From: Candidatus Micrarchaeia archaeon
GTDB lineage: Archaea; Micrarchaeota; Micrarchaeia; Micrarchaeales; CABMGC01
Assembly: GCA_049976845.1 (NCBI GenBank)
Contig: JBMFHL010000015.1
Location: forward strand, 1-15,284
Direction of reading: 5' to 3'
Length of the DNA: 15,284 nucleotides
Shown here: positions 8,141 through 15,284 of the stretch, piece by piece
Layout: the number at the start of each line of letters is the position of its first letter
How positions within the stretch are numbered: position 1 is the first letter of the stretch
Notes under the pieces: model-generated
Database searches by the model: none
The model's input: the letters and a program-made list of their open reading frames with translations, nothing else
What the model was told of the DNA's origin: nothing
Translations under genes and position numbers: made by a program

Positions 8141-9523
8141 ATGAAAGGGTTAGTCTGTTCTATAAAACATACCTCAAACATAGTAGATTCGCTCTATTAT
8201 ATAGCATCGCTTTCACCCGATTCAATAAGCCTATACGAATGTCTGAGCAGTGCCGTTCTGAAACCGGGAGAGGAGATAGAAGCAAAAGAATTTAATGGCA
8301 AGATAGAGCCAACAAAGATAAAAGACGGGGATGCAGACAAATATGAGAGCGCGGCGCGCAGGCTCGCAAAAAAGGCAACAAGGAAATACAAGAGCATTGG
8401 CATAAAGGAGGCTGACGCTCTTACAGATTTGATGGAACCGAAGCTCAAGGCTGCGGTACAGTTTTTTCTTTTCAAGCTGCTGCTCGGTGCGCCAATGGTC
8501 ATAAGATTCCACAATGATTCTGATGGTGCGTCAGGCGCTTTGGGTCTGTTCAGAGCGCTCAAATCTACTGAAGTGGCAGCACACTTCGAAAACAGGATTA
8601 CATGGCGCATGCACAGAGGTGTATCATATTCTGCCGAAAACGCAATTGACGACATGCTTTTCGCAAACAACTTCAGCTCCATAGAGAAGCCCTTGCTTGT
8701 TATAATAGATTTTGGCACTGCCCCAGAAAGCAACGAAGGCATAAAAGAGGTTAAGGATAAGTTTGACATAGTTTGGTTAGACCACCACCCCATAGCAGAA
8801 GAGTTTGATGGCATAAGCATTGAAAATTACATAAATCCATGGCAATTTGGAGGCGATTCAAATTATACCGCAGGGCTATTGGCATGCACATTCGCAAGCA
8901 TGTTTGCAAATATCGATATAAATACAATAGCAAATGCATCTCTCATAGGGGATTACAGCACTTTCATTAAAGATGATGAAGATAGTAGGAAGCTCTCTAC
9001 AATACTTGAGCTCCTAACAAGCGATTCAAGCATAATAGATTCAAGAAGCCTCACTCCTTACGACATAGACGAAGTCATAAGCAAAAAGGAAAAATTCGAC
9101 GAGCTTTTCAGCTATGCGACAATGCAATTGGAAGAAGCGCTCGCATCCGCTCTCGCGTCTGTGAAAAGCTACAAGTCGCAGCTGGCGAACATTTATACGA
9201 TAGACTTCAAGAATATAAGGAATGCGGATACTAAATATCCATTGCCAGGCAGGTTTGCATCGAAGCTGCTCTCAAAGCTCGAGGAGCTCAGCGGCAGGCA
9301 ATGCATCCTAATACTTCACTTTTACTCATTCATATCAATAAGGTCAAGCAAGCAAGTTGACATAAACTTGGTTGATGTTGTAAATGAGGCAAAGAAGGCG
9401 TACAGAGTGGTTGAATCAGCTGGAGGGCACAAGAATGCGGCGAGCATAAAGCTAGCCGACGAATATGCAAAAAAAGAAGTGATAAATTCACTTCTAATAA
9501 GATTCGGATGCTCTGTAAAATAG
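8141..9523 (+). CDS. DHH-family phosphoesterase, archaeal RecJ-like nuclease (COG1107/HAN-like core)
   Basis: Motif I RFHNDSDG, motif II IIDFGT, DHH motif WLDHHP, then INPW..GGDSNYTAG, GD, YPLPGR and DHHA1 AGGHKNAASI. Confidence 0.85.
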   Translation: MKGLVCSIKHTSNIVDSLYYIASLSPDSISLYECLSSAVLKPGEEIEAKEFNGKIEPTKIKDGDADKYESAARRLAKKATRKYKSIGIKEADALTDLMEPKLKAAVQFFLFKLLLGAPMVIRFHNDSDGASGALGLFRALKSTEVAAHFENRITWRMHRGVSYSAENAIDDMLFANNFSSIEKPLLVIIDFGTAPESNEGIKEVKDKFDIVWLDHHPIAEEFDGISIENYINPWQFGGDSNYTAGLLACTFASMFANIDINTIANASLIGDYSTFIKDDEDSRKLSTILELLTSDSSIIDSRSLTPYDIDEVISKKEKFDELFSYATMQLEEALASALASVKSYKSQLANIYTIDFKNIRNADTKYPLPGRFASKLLSKLEELSGRQCILILHFYSFISIRSSKQVDINLVDVVNEAKKAYRVVESAGGHKNAASIKLADEYAKKEVINSLLIRFGCSVK

Positions 9524-9556
9524 CAACATTGCGCATTACAAAAAGCAGCAGCAAAA

Positions 9557-9579
9557 CAACGATCACTTTGTAATCGTTG
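9557..9579. terminator. Short hairpin between convergent genes
   Basis: CAACGAT (9557-9563) pairs with ATCGTTG (9573-9579), flanked by A-rich and T-rich tracts. Confidence 0.3.
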
Positions 9580-9601
9580 CTTCTTTGCTTCTCTAGATTT
9601 T

Positions 9602-9964
9602 TTACCAGCCGTACGGCTTAGCTTTCTTTATCTCCTTCGGCTCGAAAGCATAGTTGTACAGCGTGTCCTTGTATTCTACTTCCTCTTCCTTGATGCCATT
9701 TTCTTTGGGCTCCACGCCATTCTCCTTGAGCAGTGCAATTATACCATCAAGGCTTATCTTAGGCAATTCATTTTCTGCGCCTTTCTTGTTGTAATACAAC
9801 TCTATGCTCCCCTTTGCAAATGACACCTTTGCTTTTATTATTGCATCGTTGAGCAGCAATCTGTACTGCAATCTTGCAGCGTGAGGTACATCCACAAGCC
9901 CCTTTTTGTCAACACTTATAACCGCATGCACAATCTTTTTGTAAGGTATTACATCCATACTCAT
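9602..9964 (-). CDS. Small hypothetical protein, HMA/ferredoxin-like (beta-alpha-beta-beta-alpha-beta) pattern without CxxC; possibly DUF3213-like
   Basis: GLVDVPHAARLQYRLLLNDAIIKAKVSFAKGSIELYYN...ISLDGIIALLKENGVEP follows the HMA hydrophobic pattern. ATGA overlap with the radical SAM stop. Confidence 0.75.
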   Translation of the reverse strand: MSMDVIPYKKIVHAVISVDKKGLVDVPHAARLQYRLLLNDAIIKAKVSFAKGSIELYYNKKGAENELPKISLDGIIALLKENGVEPKENGIKEEEVEYKDTLYNYAFEPKEIKKAKPYGW

Positions 9965-11673
9965 GCTTTCACCCCTGCATTGCCCTTGCCATTTACTGGC
10001 AGCGAGAAATAGTCCACGAGCTTGTCATAAGTCCTATGATAATCTTCTGTTGATTCAAGCTCCTTTACATTTCTAATATACTTCTCTTTCTGGTAATCCC
10101 ATTCAGGATGCATCTCCTTCCACTTTGCATTCGGTATGCTGTACTGCCTTTGTATTTTGTCCCTGTAAATCTCAGGAAATACATTGAATGTGCAGAAAGG
10201 CAATATCTCACCATCTGGCATTACATAGTGTATGTCGCATTTCTCAACCCTTGATATATCATATGTATATTCGTCCTGGAAGTGCATCATTCCTAAGAAA
10301 AGCGACTTGACGTGGAATGCTCCCAGGGAGGAAAAGTCATGCTTTAATAGTACAGTAGTTAGCAGCTTAGGAACATTTATGCTCTTCGGCATATTCTTAG
10401 TGTCGACAAATTTCCTTATGCCTGCAACAGTCTTGAGCGCTATCAGCTTTCTTTGCATCTTGCCCTTGCCTTCCATCTCATTTACCGCGCCCTGCAGATG
10501 CTCTATGAGCCCAGGCGCATCTATAAACCGGGTTATTGGTATGACTCTATTGTCATTGTCAAGGAAAAGATACGTTCCTGCGCCGCACGCGAAGTGTATT
10601 GAAAGGTCATATGTAAAATTGCCACTAAGCGCCTCAATAAACTTGCTTATGCCGCCGGTATAAGGAACTGAGAACCAGTCCTCTTTCATTATATTGCCTT
10701 TGGTCTGCTCCTCAATAAGCTTGATTGCCCCAGGTATAGTAATCCTCTGCTTCTCCCTGAGCCTGTCTGGCATGCGCCCCACAAGCGAAACGGGCTGGAA
10801 ATTTACAGCTCTAACAATGTCAATGTTGTTTAACGCAAAGTTTATTATGTTGCCAAGGTCTCCATCGTTCACGGTTCTTATGACAGTGGGCACAAGCACT
10901 ATCCCTGTTTTTGCTTCACGTGCTGCCTTAAGTATGGAAGGAATCTCCCAGTGGTTCTTTGGGTTAGTGCGCTTGCTCACTCCGTCGAAGCTCATATACA
11001 GAGTGCTAGTGCCTGCTTCTCTAAGCTCTTTGAGCAGCTTAGGGTTTGCTCCCAAGTTTATGCCTGTAGTATTGAGTTGTATCTGGTCAAATCCGACCTT
11101 CTTTGCTATTCTCACAATGTCCACTATGTCCTTCCTCATTGTCGGCTCGCCGCCAGTTATCTGCAGCGCATTTGTAGCTATGGGTTTCACATTTCTCAAA
11201 TCTACTAGCATCCTCTCTATCTCGCCAAGGCTGGGCTCGTATATAGGCTCGCCCTCCTTTGCGTAGAAGAAGCAGTACCAGCATGAAAGGTGGCACCTGT
11301 TTGTCACAACTATATTGGCAAGCGCTGTGTGGCTCTTGTGCCTTGAGCAAAGTCCGCAATCAAATGGGCAGTTCTCGCCCAGTGTCGGGTAATTTGGATT
11401 GGTAACCCCCCTCCCGTTGTAAGCATATTTTGACATCCTTTCATACATATCATAATCTTCCCAATACTTCTCTATGGTCCAACCATGCTCTGGGCAGTAT
11501 TTTCTTATCATGACATTGTCATTGTCCCTGTAAATTATCCCGTCTATAATCAATTTGCACGTGGGGCATACTGTCTTTGTCTTGCCCAGCACCGGCAGCT
11601 TCTCTATCTCTTCCATGCTCCTATGATAAGGCTCTAAAATCTTCTTCTCTATTTCTGTAGTTTTTTCTTCCAT
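9961..11673 (-). CDS. tes: Tetraether lipid synthase Tes / GDGT-MAS homologue (MJ0619-family radical SAM enzyme), ~570 aa
   Basis: N-terminal metal site CPTC...CPEHG, auxiliary cluster CPFDCGLCSRH, radical SAM motif CHLSCWYC, TGGEPT, NFQPVS..GR, HFACG and C-terminal MHFQD...CDIHY..PDG.ILPFC.FN. Start placed at ATG 11673 with GGGTG RBS; the ORF track starts at GTG 11685. Confidence 0.88.
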   Translation of the reverse strand: MEEKTTEIEKKILEPYHRSMEEIEKLPVLGKTKTVCPTCKLIIDGIIYRDNDNVMIRKYCPEHGWTIEKYWEDYDMYERMSKYAYNGRGVTNPNYPTLGENCPFDCGLCSRHKSHTALANIVVTNRCHLSCWYCFFYAKEGEPIYEPSLGEIERMLVDLRNVKPIATNALQITGGEPTMRKDIVDIVRIAKKVGFDQIQLNTTGINLGANPKLLKELREAGTSTLYMSFDGVSKRTNPKNHWEIPSILKAAREAKTGIVLVPTVIRTVNDGDLGNIINFALNNIDIVRAVNFQPVSLVGRMPDRLREKQRITIPGAIKLIEEQTKGNIMKEDWFSVPYTGGISKFIEALSGNFTYDLSIHFACGAGTYLFLDNDNRVIPITRFIDAPGLIEHLQGAVNEMEGKGKMQRKLIALKTVAGIRKFVDTKNMPKSINVPKLLTTVLLKHDFSSLGAFHVKSLFLGMMHFQDEYTYDISRVEKCDIHYVMPDGEILPFCTFNVFPEIYRDKIQRQYSIPNAKWKEMHPEWDYQKEKYIRNVKELESTEDYHRTYDKLVDYFSLPVNGKGNAGVKA

Positions 11674-11677
11674 AGAA

Positions 11678-12487
11678 TCAAACACCCTTCCTAACTCTGG
11701 CCCTAGAAATAGTGCTTTCTAAATTCTTTTTCAGCACATCTGCTATAAACCTTTTGCTGAAAGCATCAGCCTTTGAAGCTATGCTTATCTTAGTTGCGTA
11801 TATCCTTGCTATCCTTCCTCCATTATGCCTTCCTGCATTCGAAACCTGAGGCATCTTGTACAATATCCCGTATTTTGGCGGCCTGCTGCCATACTTTAAG
11901 TGCTTGAAGAGCGCCTTTTCTGCGCCAAGCAACTGTATTGTGCTTGCTGGCATAAGCGCAAGCTTGTTTAATGAACCTGCCCTGCTCAGCAATTCTGCAG
12001 CAATCTTTGTGTCTACAAGATAAGAAATATTAGGCATTATCCTCTTGACGCTTCTATCGATATATCCGGAGAGGTTGTCCTGCATGCCTGCTATGTTTAT
12101 AAGAAGGTTTGCGATCGAAGAAAGGGTCTTGTATTCCTCCTCGCTCGGCTCCCTGCCTATGCTCCTGTTTATCGCATTCTCGACATCCTTAGCCTTGTCT
12201 CCTAGCAGCTCCGAAAGCTCCGCGGCGCTTGCATTCTTTTTGTTAGCTCCGAATTTAAGCACGAACTTTGCATACGTGACCTGGTTGCTTATCCTAAGCT
12301 CTGGGAAGTAAATGCTATACCACTCCTCGAGCCTCTCAAATACAAGGTTCTTTACCTTATCCATCTCCAAATAAGAATTTATTGCCTCTATTATTGCATG
12401 CTCTTCTCCAGCATAAGCACTGCTGACGCTTGCCTTGGCTTTGTCAAGCAATCTCCTCCTCTTCTCTTCAACACTTTCCTTCCTCAC
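11678..12487 (-). CDS. nop5: Nop5 (Nop56/58) C/D box sRNP protein, short form
   Basis: Coiled-coil segment ERLEEWYSIYFPEL and Nop domain AGSLNKLALMPASTIQLLGAEKALFKHL...PPKYGILY...GRIAR...ASKAD. GTG start with GGTG RBS. Confidence 0.93.
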   Translation of the reverse strand: MRKESVEEKRRRLLDKAKASVSSAYAGEEHAIIEAINSYLEMDKVKNLVFERLEEWYSIYFPELRISNQVTYAKFVLKFGANKKNASAAELSELLGDKAKDVENAINRSIGREPSEEEYKTLSSIANLLINIAGMQDNLSGYIDRSVKRIMPNISYLVDTKIAAELLSRAGSLNKLALMPASTIQLLGAEKALFKHLKYGSRPPKYGILYKMPQVSNAGRHNGGRIARIYATKISIASKADAFSKRFIADVLKKNLESTISRARVRKGV

Positions 12488-12671
12488 TATAGCACCGAAT
12501 ATGTAAATTGACTAATAAAGGTATAAAAAGGTATAATATATAACTCAGTTATTAAAATAATATGTTGTGAATAGCAGAATTTATTTTGATATGTAAAGCT
12601 GCAAGGCTATGAAAGGAATAAATATATACATTTAGCATATTATAGCTGAAAAACGCTGATGCAGTGATCTG
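12488..12671. promoter_or_regulatory. AT-rich divergent promoter region between the nop5 operon and glyS
   Basis: Tandem AAAGGTATAA x2 (12517-12536) gives minus-strand TTTTTATA about 35-40 nt upstream of nop5. TAAATATATA lies upstream of glyS. Confidence 0.5.
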
Positions 12672-14144
12672 ATGCAAAACGAAAACACCAACGCTTCAAG
12701 CATAGTTGAGAGGAGAAGCATATTCTATCAGGCATTCAATATCTACAAGGAAATAGGGGGCTTCTACGATTACGGCCCTATAGGGACAAAGATAAAGCAC
12801 AACATAGAAAGGGAGTGGCGCAGGCTCTTTGTAGACACATTGTGTGCGCTGGAAATAGAGACTACTACAATATTGCCAGAGCCGGTCTTCCAAGCGAGCG
12901 GGCATCTGAGCACGTTCACTGATCCTATAGTAAAATGCACGGTTTGCAATACTCCTTACAGGGCAGACAAGCTTCTGGAAGAGTTCTACGAGAAGAGGAA
13001 CGACACTAAAAGCGCTTCTGAAGTAAAGAAGATGAATAATGAAGAGCTGAGCAAGAGAATAAAGGAGCATGGGATAAAATGCCAAAAATGCGGCGGGGCG
13101 CTTTCAAAGGCAGAGAGCTTTAATTTAATGTTCCAGGTTAAGATAGGCCCCACAGGAAGCGAAGTTGGTTATTTGAGGCCAGAGACTGCTCAGGGCATAT
13201 TCATAGATTTGAGAGAGTTATTCAAGACCCAGGGGCTAAAGCTTCCTGCGCTCGTTGCCCAGGTCGGCAAAAGCTATAGGAACGAGATTTCGCCGAGGCA
13301 GCAGCTTGTTAGGATGAGGGAATTTACCCAAATGGAGCTTGAGCTTTTCTTCGATCCTGCAGAATATGTGAACGAAATAGGCTACATAAACATAGACAAT
13401 ATAATGGGAGAAAAGATAAGCTTCCTTAGCAGGGGATCAGAAACTGCATCAGAAAAGTGTATAAGCGATTTGTTAAGCGCTGGCAATATACCAAACAAAT
13501 ATTTTGCAATGCTCCTTTACATGGAAGACAAGCTGCTGAAGAAATTGGGCTTCGAAAGCAAGGCATACAGGTTCAGGGAATTGGAAAAGGAGGAACTGCC
13601 TCATTATTCGAAGGGCAATGTTGATTTGGAGGTGCAGACATCATACGGGTTCATAGAGGTGGCAGGCAATGCATACAGAACCGATTACGACCTTATATCA
13701 CATTCAAAACTCTCCGGTTTCGATTTGTCGGTAGTAAGCAGCAACAAGAAGGTAATGCCGCATGTAGTAGAGGCGAGTATGGGCCTCGACAGGCTTCTGC
13801 TGAGCTTATTGGAAAATTCTTTCATGAGCGGCGACAGGGAATGGAGCTGGATGAAGATGAATGAAGCTGTTGCACCTTACAAGTATGCAGTTTTCCCACT
13901 GCAAAAAGACGACAAGCTCATTGCGAAGGCAAGAGAGGTTAGCAAGCTCCTTGTAGAGAATGGCGTTGCAGCTTTCTATTCTGAGTCTGGCAGCATAGGA
14001 AAGAGGTATGCAAGGGCAGACGAGGTAGGCATACCCTACTGCATAACAATAGACTATCAGACAATTGAAGACAATACGGTAACAATAAGGGACAGGAACA
14101 CGACTAAGCAGGAAAGGAAGAGCGTTGAAGAGCTCTCCGTATAA
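12672..14144 (+). CDS. glyS: Glycine--tRNA ligase, homodimeric class II type
   Basis: GFYDYGP, SGH..FTDP, FNLMF, YLRPETAQG, motif 2 RNEISPR..LVRMREFTQMELE, HYS, motif 3 VVEASMGLDR and anticodon domain SGSIGKRYARADEVG.PYCITID. Confidence 0.97.
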   Translation: MQNENTNASSIVERRSIFYQAFNIYKEIGGFYDYGPIGTKIKHNIEREWRRLFVDTLCALEIETTTILPEPVFQASGHLSTFTDPIVKCTVCNTPYRADKLLEEFYEKRNDTKSASEVKKMNNEELSKRIKEHGIKCQKCGGALSKAESFNLMFQVKIGPTGSEVGYLRPETAQGIFIDLRELFKTQGLKLPALVAQVGKSYRNEISPRQQLVRMREFTQMELELFFDPAEYVNEIGYINIDNIMGEKISFLSRGSETASEKCISDLLSAGNIPNKYFAMLLYMEDKLLKKLGFESKAYRFRELEKEELPHYSKGNVDLEVQTSYGFIEVAGNAYRTDYDLISHSKLSGFDLSVVSSNKKVMPHVVEASMGLDRLLLSLLENSFMSGDREWSWMKMNEAVAPYKYAVFPLQKDDKLIAKAREVSKLLVENGVAAFYSESGSIGKRYARADEVGIPYCITIDYQTIEDNTVTIRDRNTTKQERKSVEELSV

Positions 14145-14157
14145 TCCAATCCTATTT

Positions 14158-15102
14158 ATGAAAATAATAGCTAAAGACTTCAATTTGAAGTATACTGTGG
14201 AAAGTGCCCAGCCGCTGGCATTTTTCGGCAACTACCGCTCTGAAAAAGGTATAGAATACATAGAATATGCTACTGCAAACGGCATAATCAGTGTGAGCGC
14301 AGAACGCATAGGGAAAAACAAGTACAGCATAGCCGCAGAGCAGCACGGCTATTATACAAATACAGGTTTGAAAAAGGAGATCAATGCAAGGTTCGGATTA
14401 AAAGACAACATGAAAATTATATACAATAATATAGAAACGGATAAATTCATGAGAGATGCTGTTAAAAATTTCTACGGCATGCGGGTAACGCTAAACGGCC
14501 CTTGGGAGACTGCCCTTTCTTTTATAGTAAGCCAGTTTAACAACATAAAGAGAATAAGGGGCATAATGCTCAGACTCATAAGTGAATTTGGAGAAAGTAA
14601 TAGTGGAAGCAGTGCAAAGCTCTTTCCAACTCCAGAAAGCATAAGCAAGGCTTCGATAGGGCAGCTTAAAAAATGTGGGGTGGGCTTTAGGGCGAAGTAC
14701 ATAAAAAGCGCAGCGCATGAATTCGTAGAAGGCAGCTTCGATAGATTGAATTCGATGGGCTATGAGGAGGCAAAGGAAACACTTATGAAATACAGTGGCA
14801 TAGGGGACAAGGTTGCAGACTGCATACTGCTCATGGGCTATAAGAAATTGGAGGCATTTCCCATAGATACGTGGGTTGAGAGAATTCTTGAAAAAGAATA
14901 CGGAAGCGAGATGGAGAAAACTAAGAATGGCAATATAGCAATAAGGGAAATGCACAGGTTTGCGATGAGCAAATGGAATTCCTATGCGGGATACGCAGAA
15001 CAATACCTTTATTGGCACGGCAGGAGCATTGGCATTACGGAAAGAAAGGCAATGCAAAGGAATAAAGCAGCTGCGCTCGAGAACATTAATAAGAGCATAT
15101 AA
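14158..15102 (+). CDS. ogg1: 8-oxoguanine DNA glycosylase, OGG1-type HhH-GPD (~314 aa)
   Basis: OGG_N-like FNLKYTVESAQ, SFIVSQFNNIKRI, FPTPE, GVGFRAKYI, HhH GIGDKVADCILL (catalytic Lys), AFPIDTW (catalytic Asp) and AGYAEQYLY. Start re-placed at ATG 14158. Confidence 0.85.
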   Translation: MKIIAKDFNLKYTVESAQPLAFFGNYRSEKGIEYIEYATANGIISVSAERIGKNKYSIAAEQHGYYTNTGLKKEINARFGLKDNMKIIYNNIETDKFMRDAVKNFYGMRVTLNGPWETALSFIVSQFNNIKRIRGIMLRLISEFGESNSGSSAKLFPTPESISKASIGQLKKCGVGFRAKYIKSAAHEFVEGSFDRLNSMGYEEAKETLMKYSGIGDKVADCILLMGYKKLEAFPIDTWVERILEKEYGSEMEKTKNGNIAIREMHRFAMSKWNSYAGYAEQYLYWHGRSIGITERKAMQRNKAAALENINKSI

Positions 15103-15125
15103 AGAATATGTGAGATTGTGGTTGC

Positions 15126-15284
15126 ATGTCTAAAATGAATGTCAGGAAAAAAGATCAAAAAAAATCAGGCAATGCGAAGGCGCGAGCATCGGCTCCTTTT
15201 GGCGTGCCTAATATAAGCAATATAACCAGGGAGCTTGAGGCACTGCAGGCAAGGCAAGAAGCTGTTTTTTCAACATCCAGCAGG
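15126..15284 (+). CDS. 5' part of an ORF running off the window (MSKMNVRKKDQKKSGNAKARASAPFGVPNISNITRELEALQARQEAVFSTSSR...); weak resemblance to the translin N-terminal helix
   Basis: ATG has the same TGTGGTTGC leader as the aminotransferase. 53 open codons to the window edge. Confidence 0.6.
   Translation, partial: MSKMNVRKKDQKKSGNAKARASAPFGVPNISNITRELEALQARQEAVFSTSSR

Noticed and set aside
9602..9964. Copper chaperone CopZ
   Set aside because: The protein contains no cysteine.
9961..11673. MoaA or pterin dimethyltransferase annotation
   Set aside because: Length and motif set match the MJ0619 family, now shown to be tetraether synthase. The MoaA C-terminal motif is absent.
12488..12671. 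C/D box sRNA or tRNA next to nop5
   Set aside because: No properly arranged RUGAUGA/CUGA boxes and no cloverleaf found by eye.
1175..15057. Many antisense or alternative-frame ORFs in the track (e.g. 6251..6844, 8197..8820, 10694..11266, 14491..15057)
   Set aside because: They are shadows of well-supported genes and lack motifs.

Overview
Archaeal chromosomal window. Gene content, codon usage and GTGGT/GGTG ribosome-binding sites suggest a DPANN archaeon, probably Micrarchaeota; this is inference only. The AT-rich left end (1-1450) looks accessory and holds a 76-bp IS903-like MITE with a perfect 9-bp target duplication, plus a membrane-anchored protein gene. Next come a coupled aminotransferase-pckG pair, a COG1709-type HTH regulator, a two-TM glycoprotein, and a + strand run of KaiC/RAD55-like ATPase, Cys-repeat surface protein and RecJ/DHH nuclease. 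A minus-strand operon encodes nop5, a tetraether lipid synthase (Tes/GDGT-MAS) homologue and a small Cys-less HMA/ferredoxin-fold protein. The window ends with glyS, an OGG1-type glycosylase and a partial ORF. The most interesting items are the apparently intact Tes with a translationally coupled small partner in a probable DPANN genome, and the minimal MITE built almost entirely of repeated end boxes.
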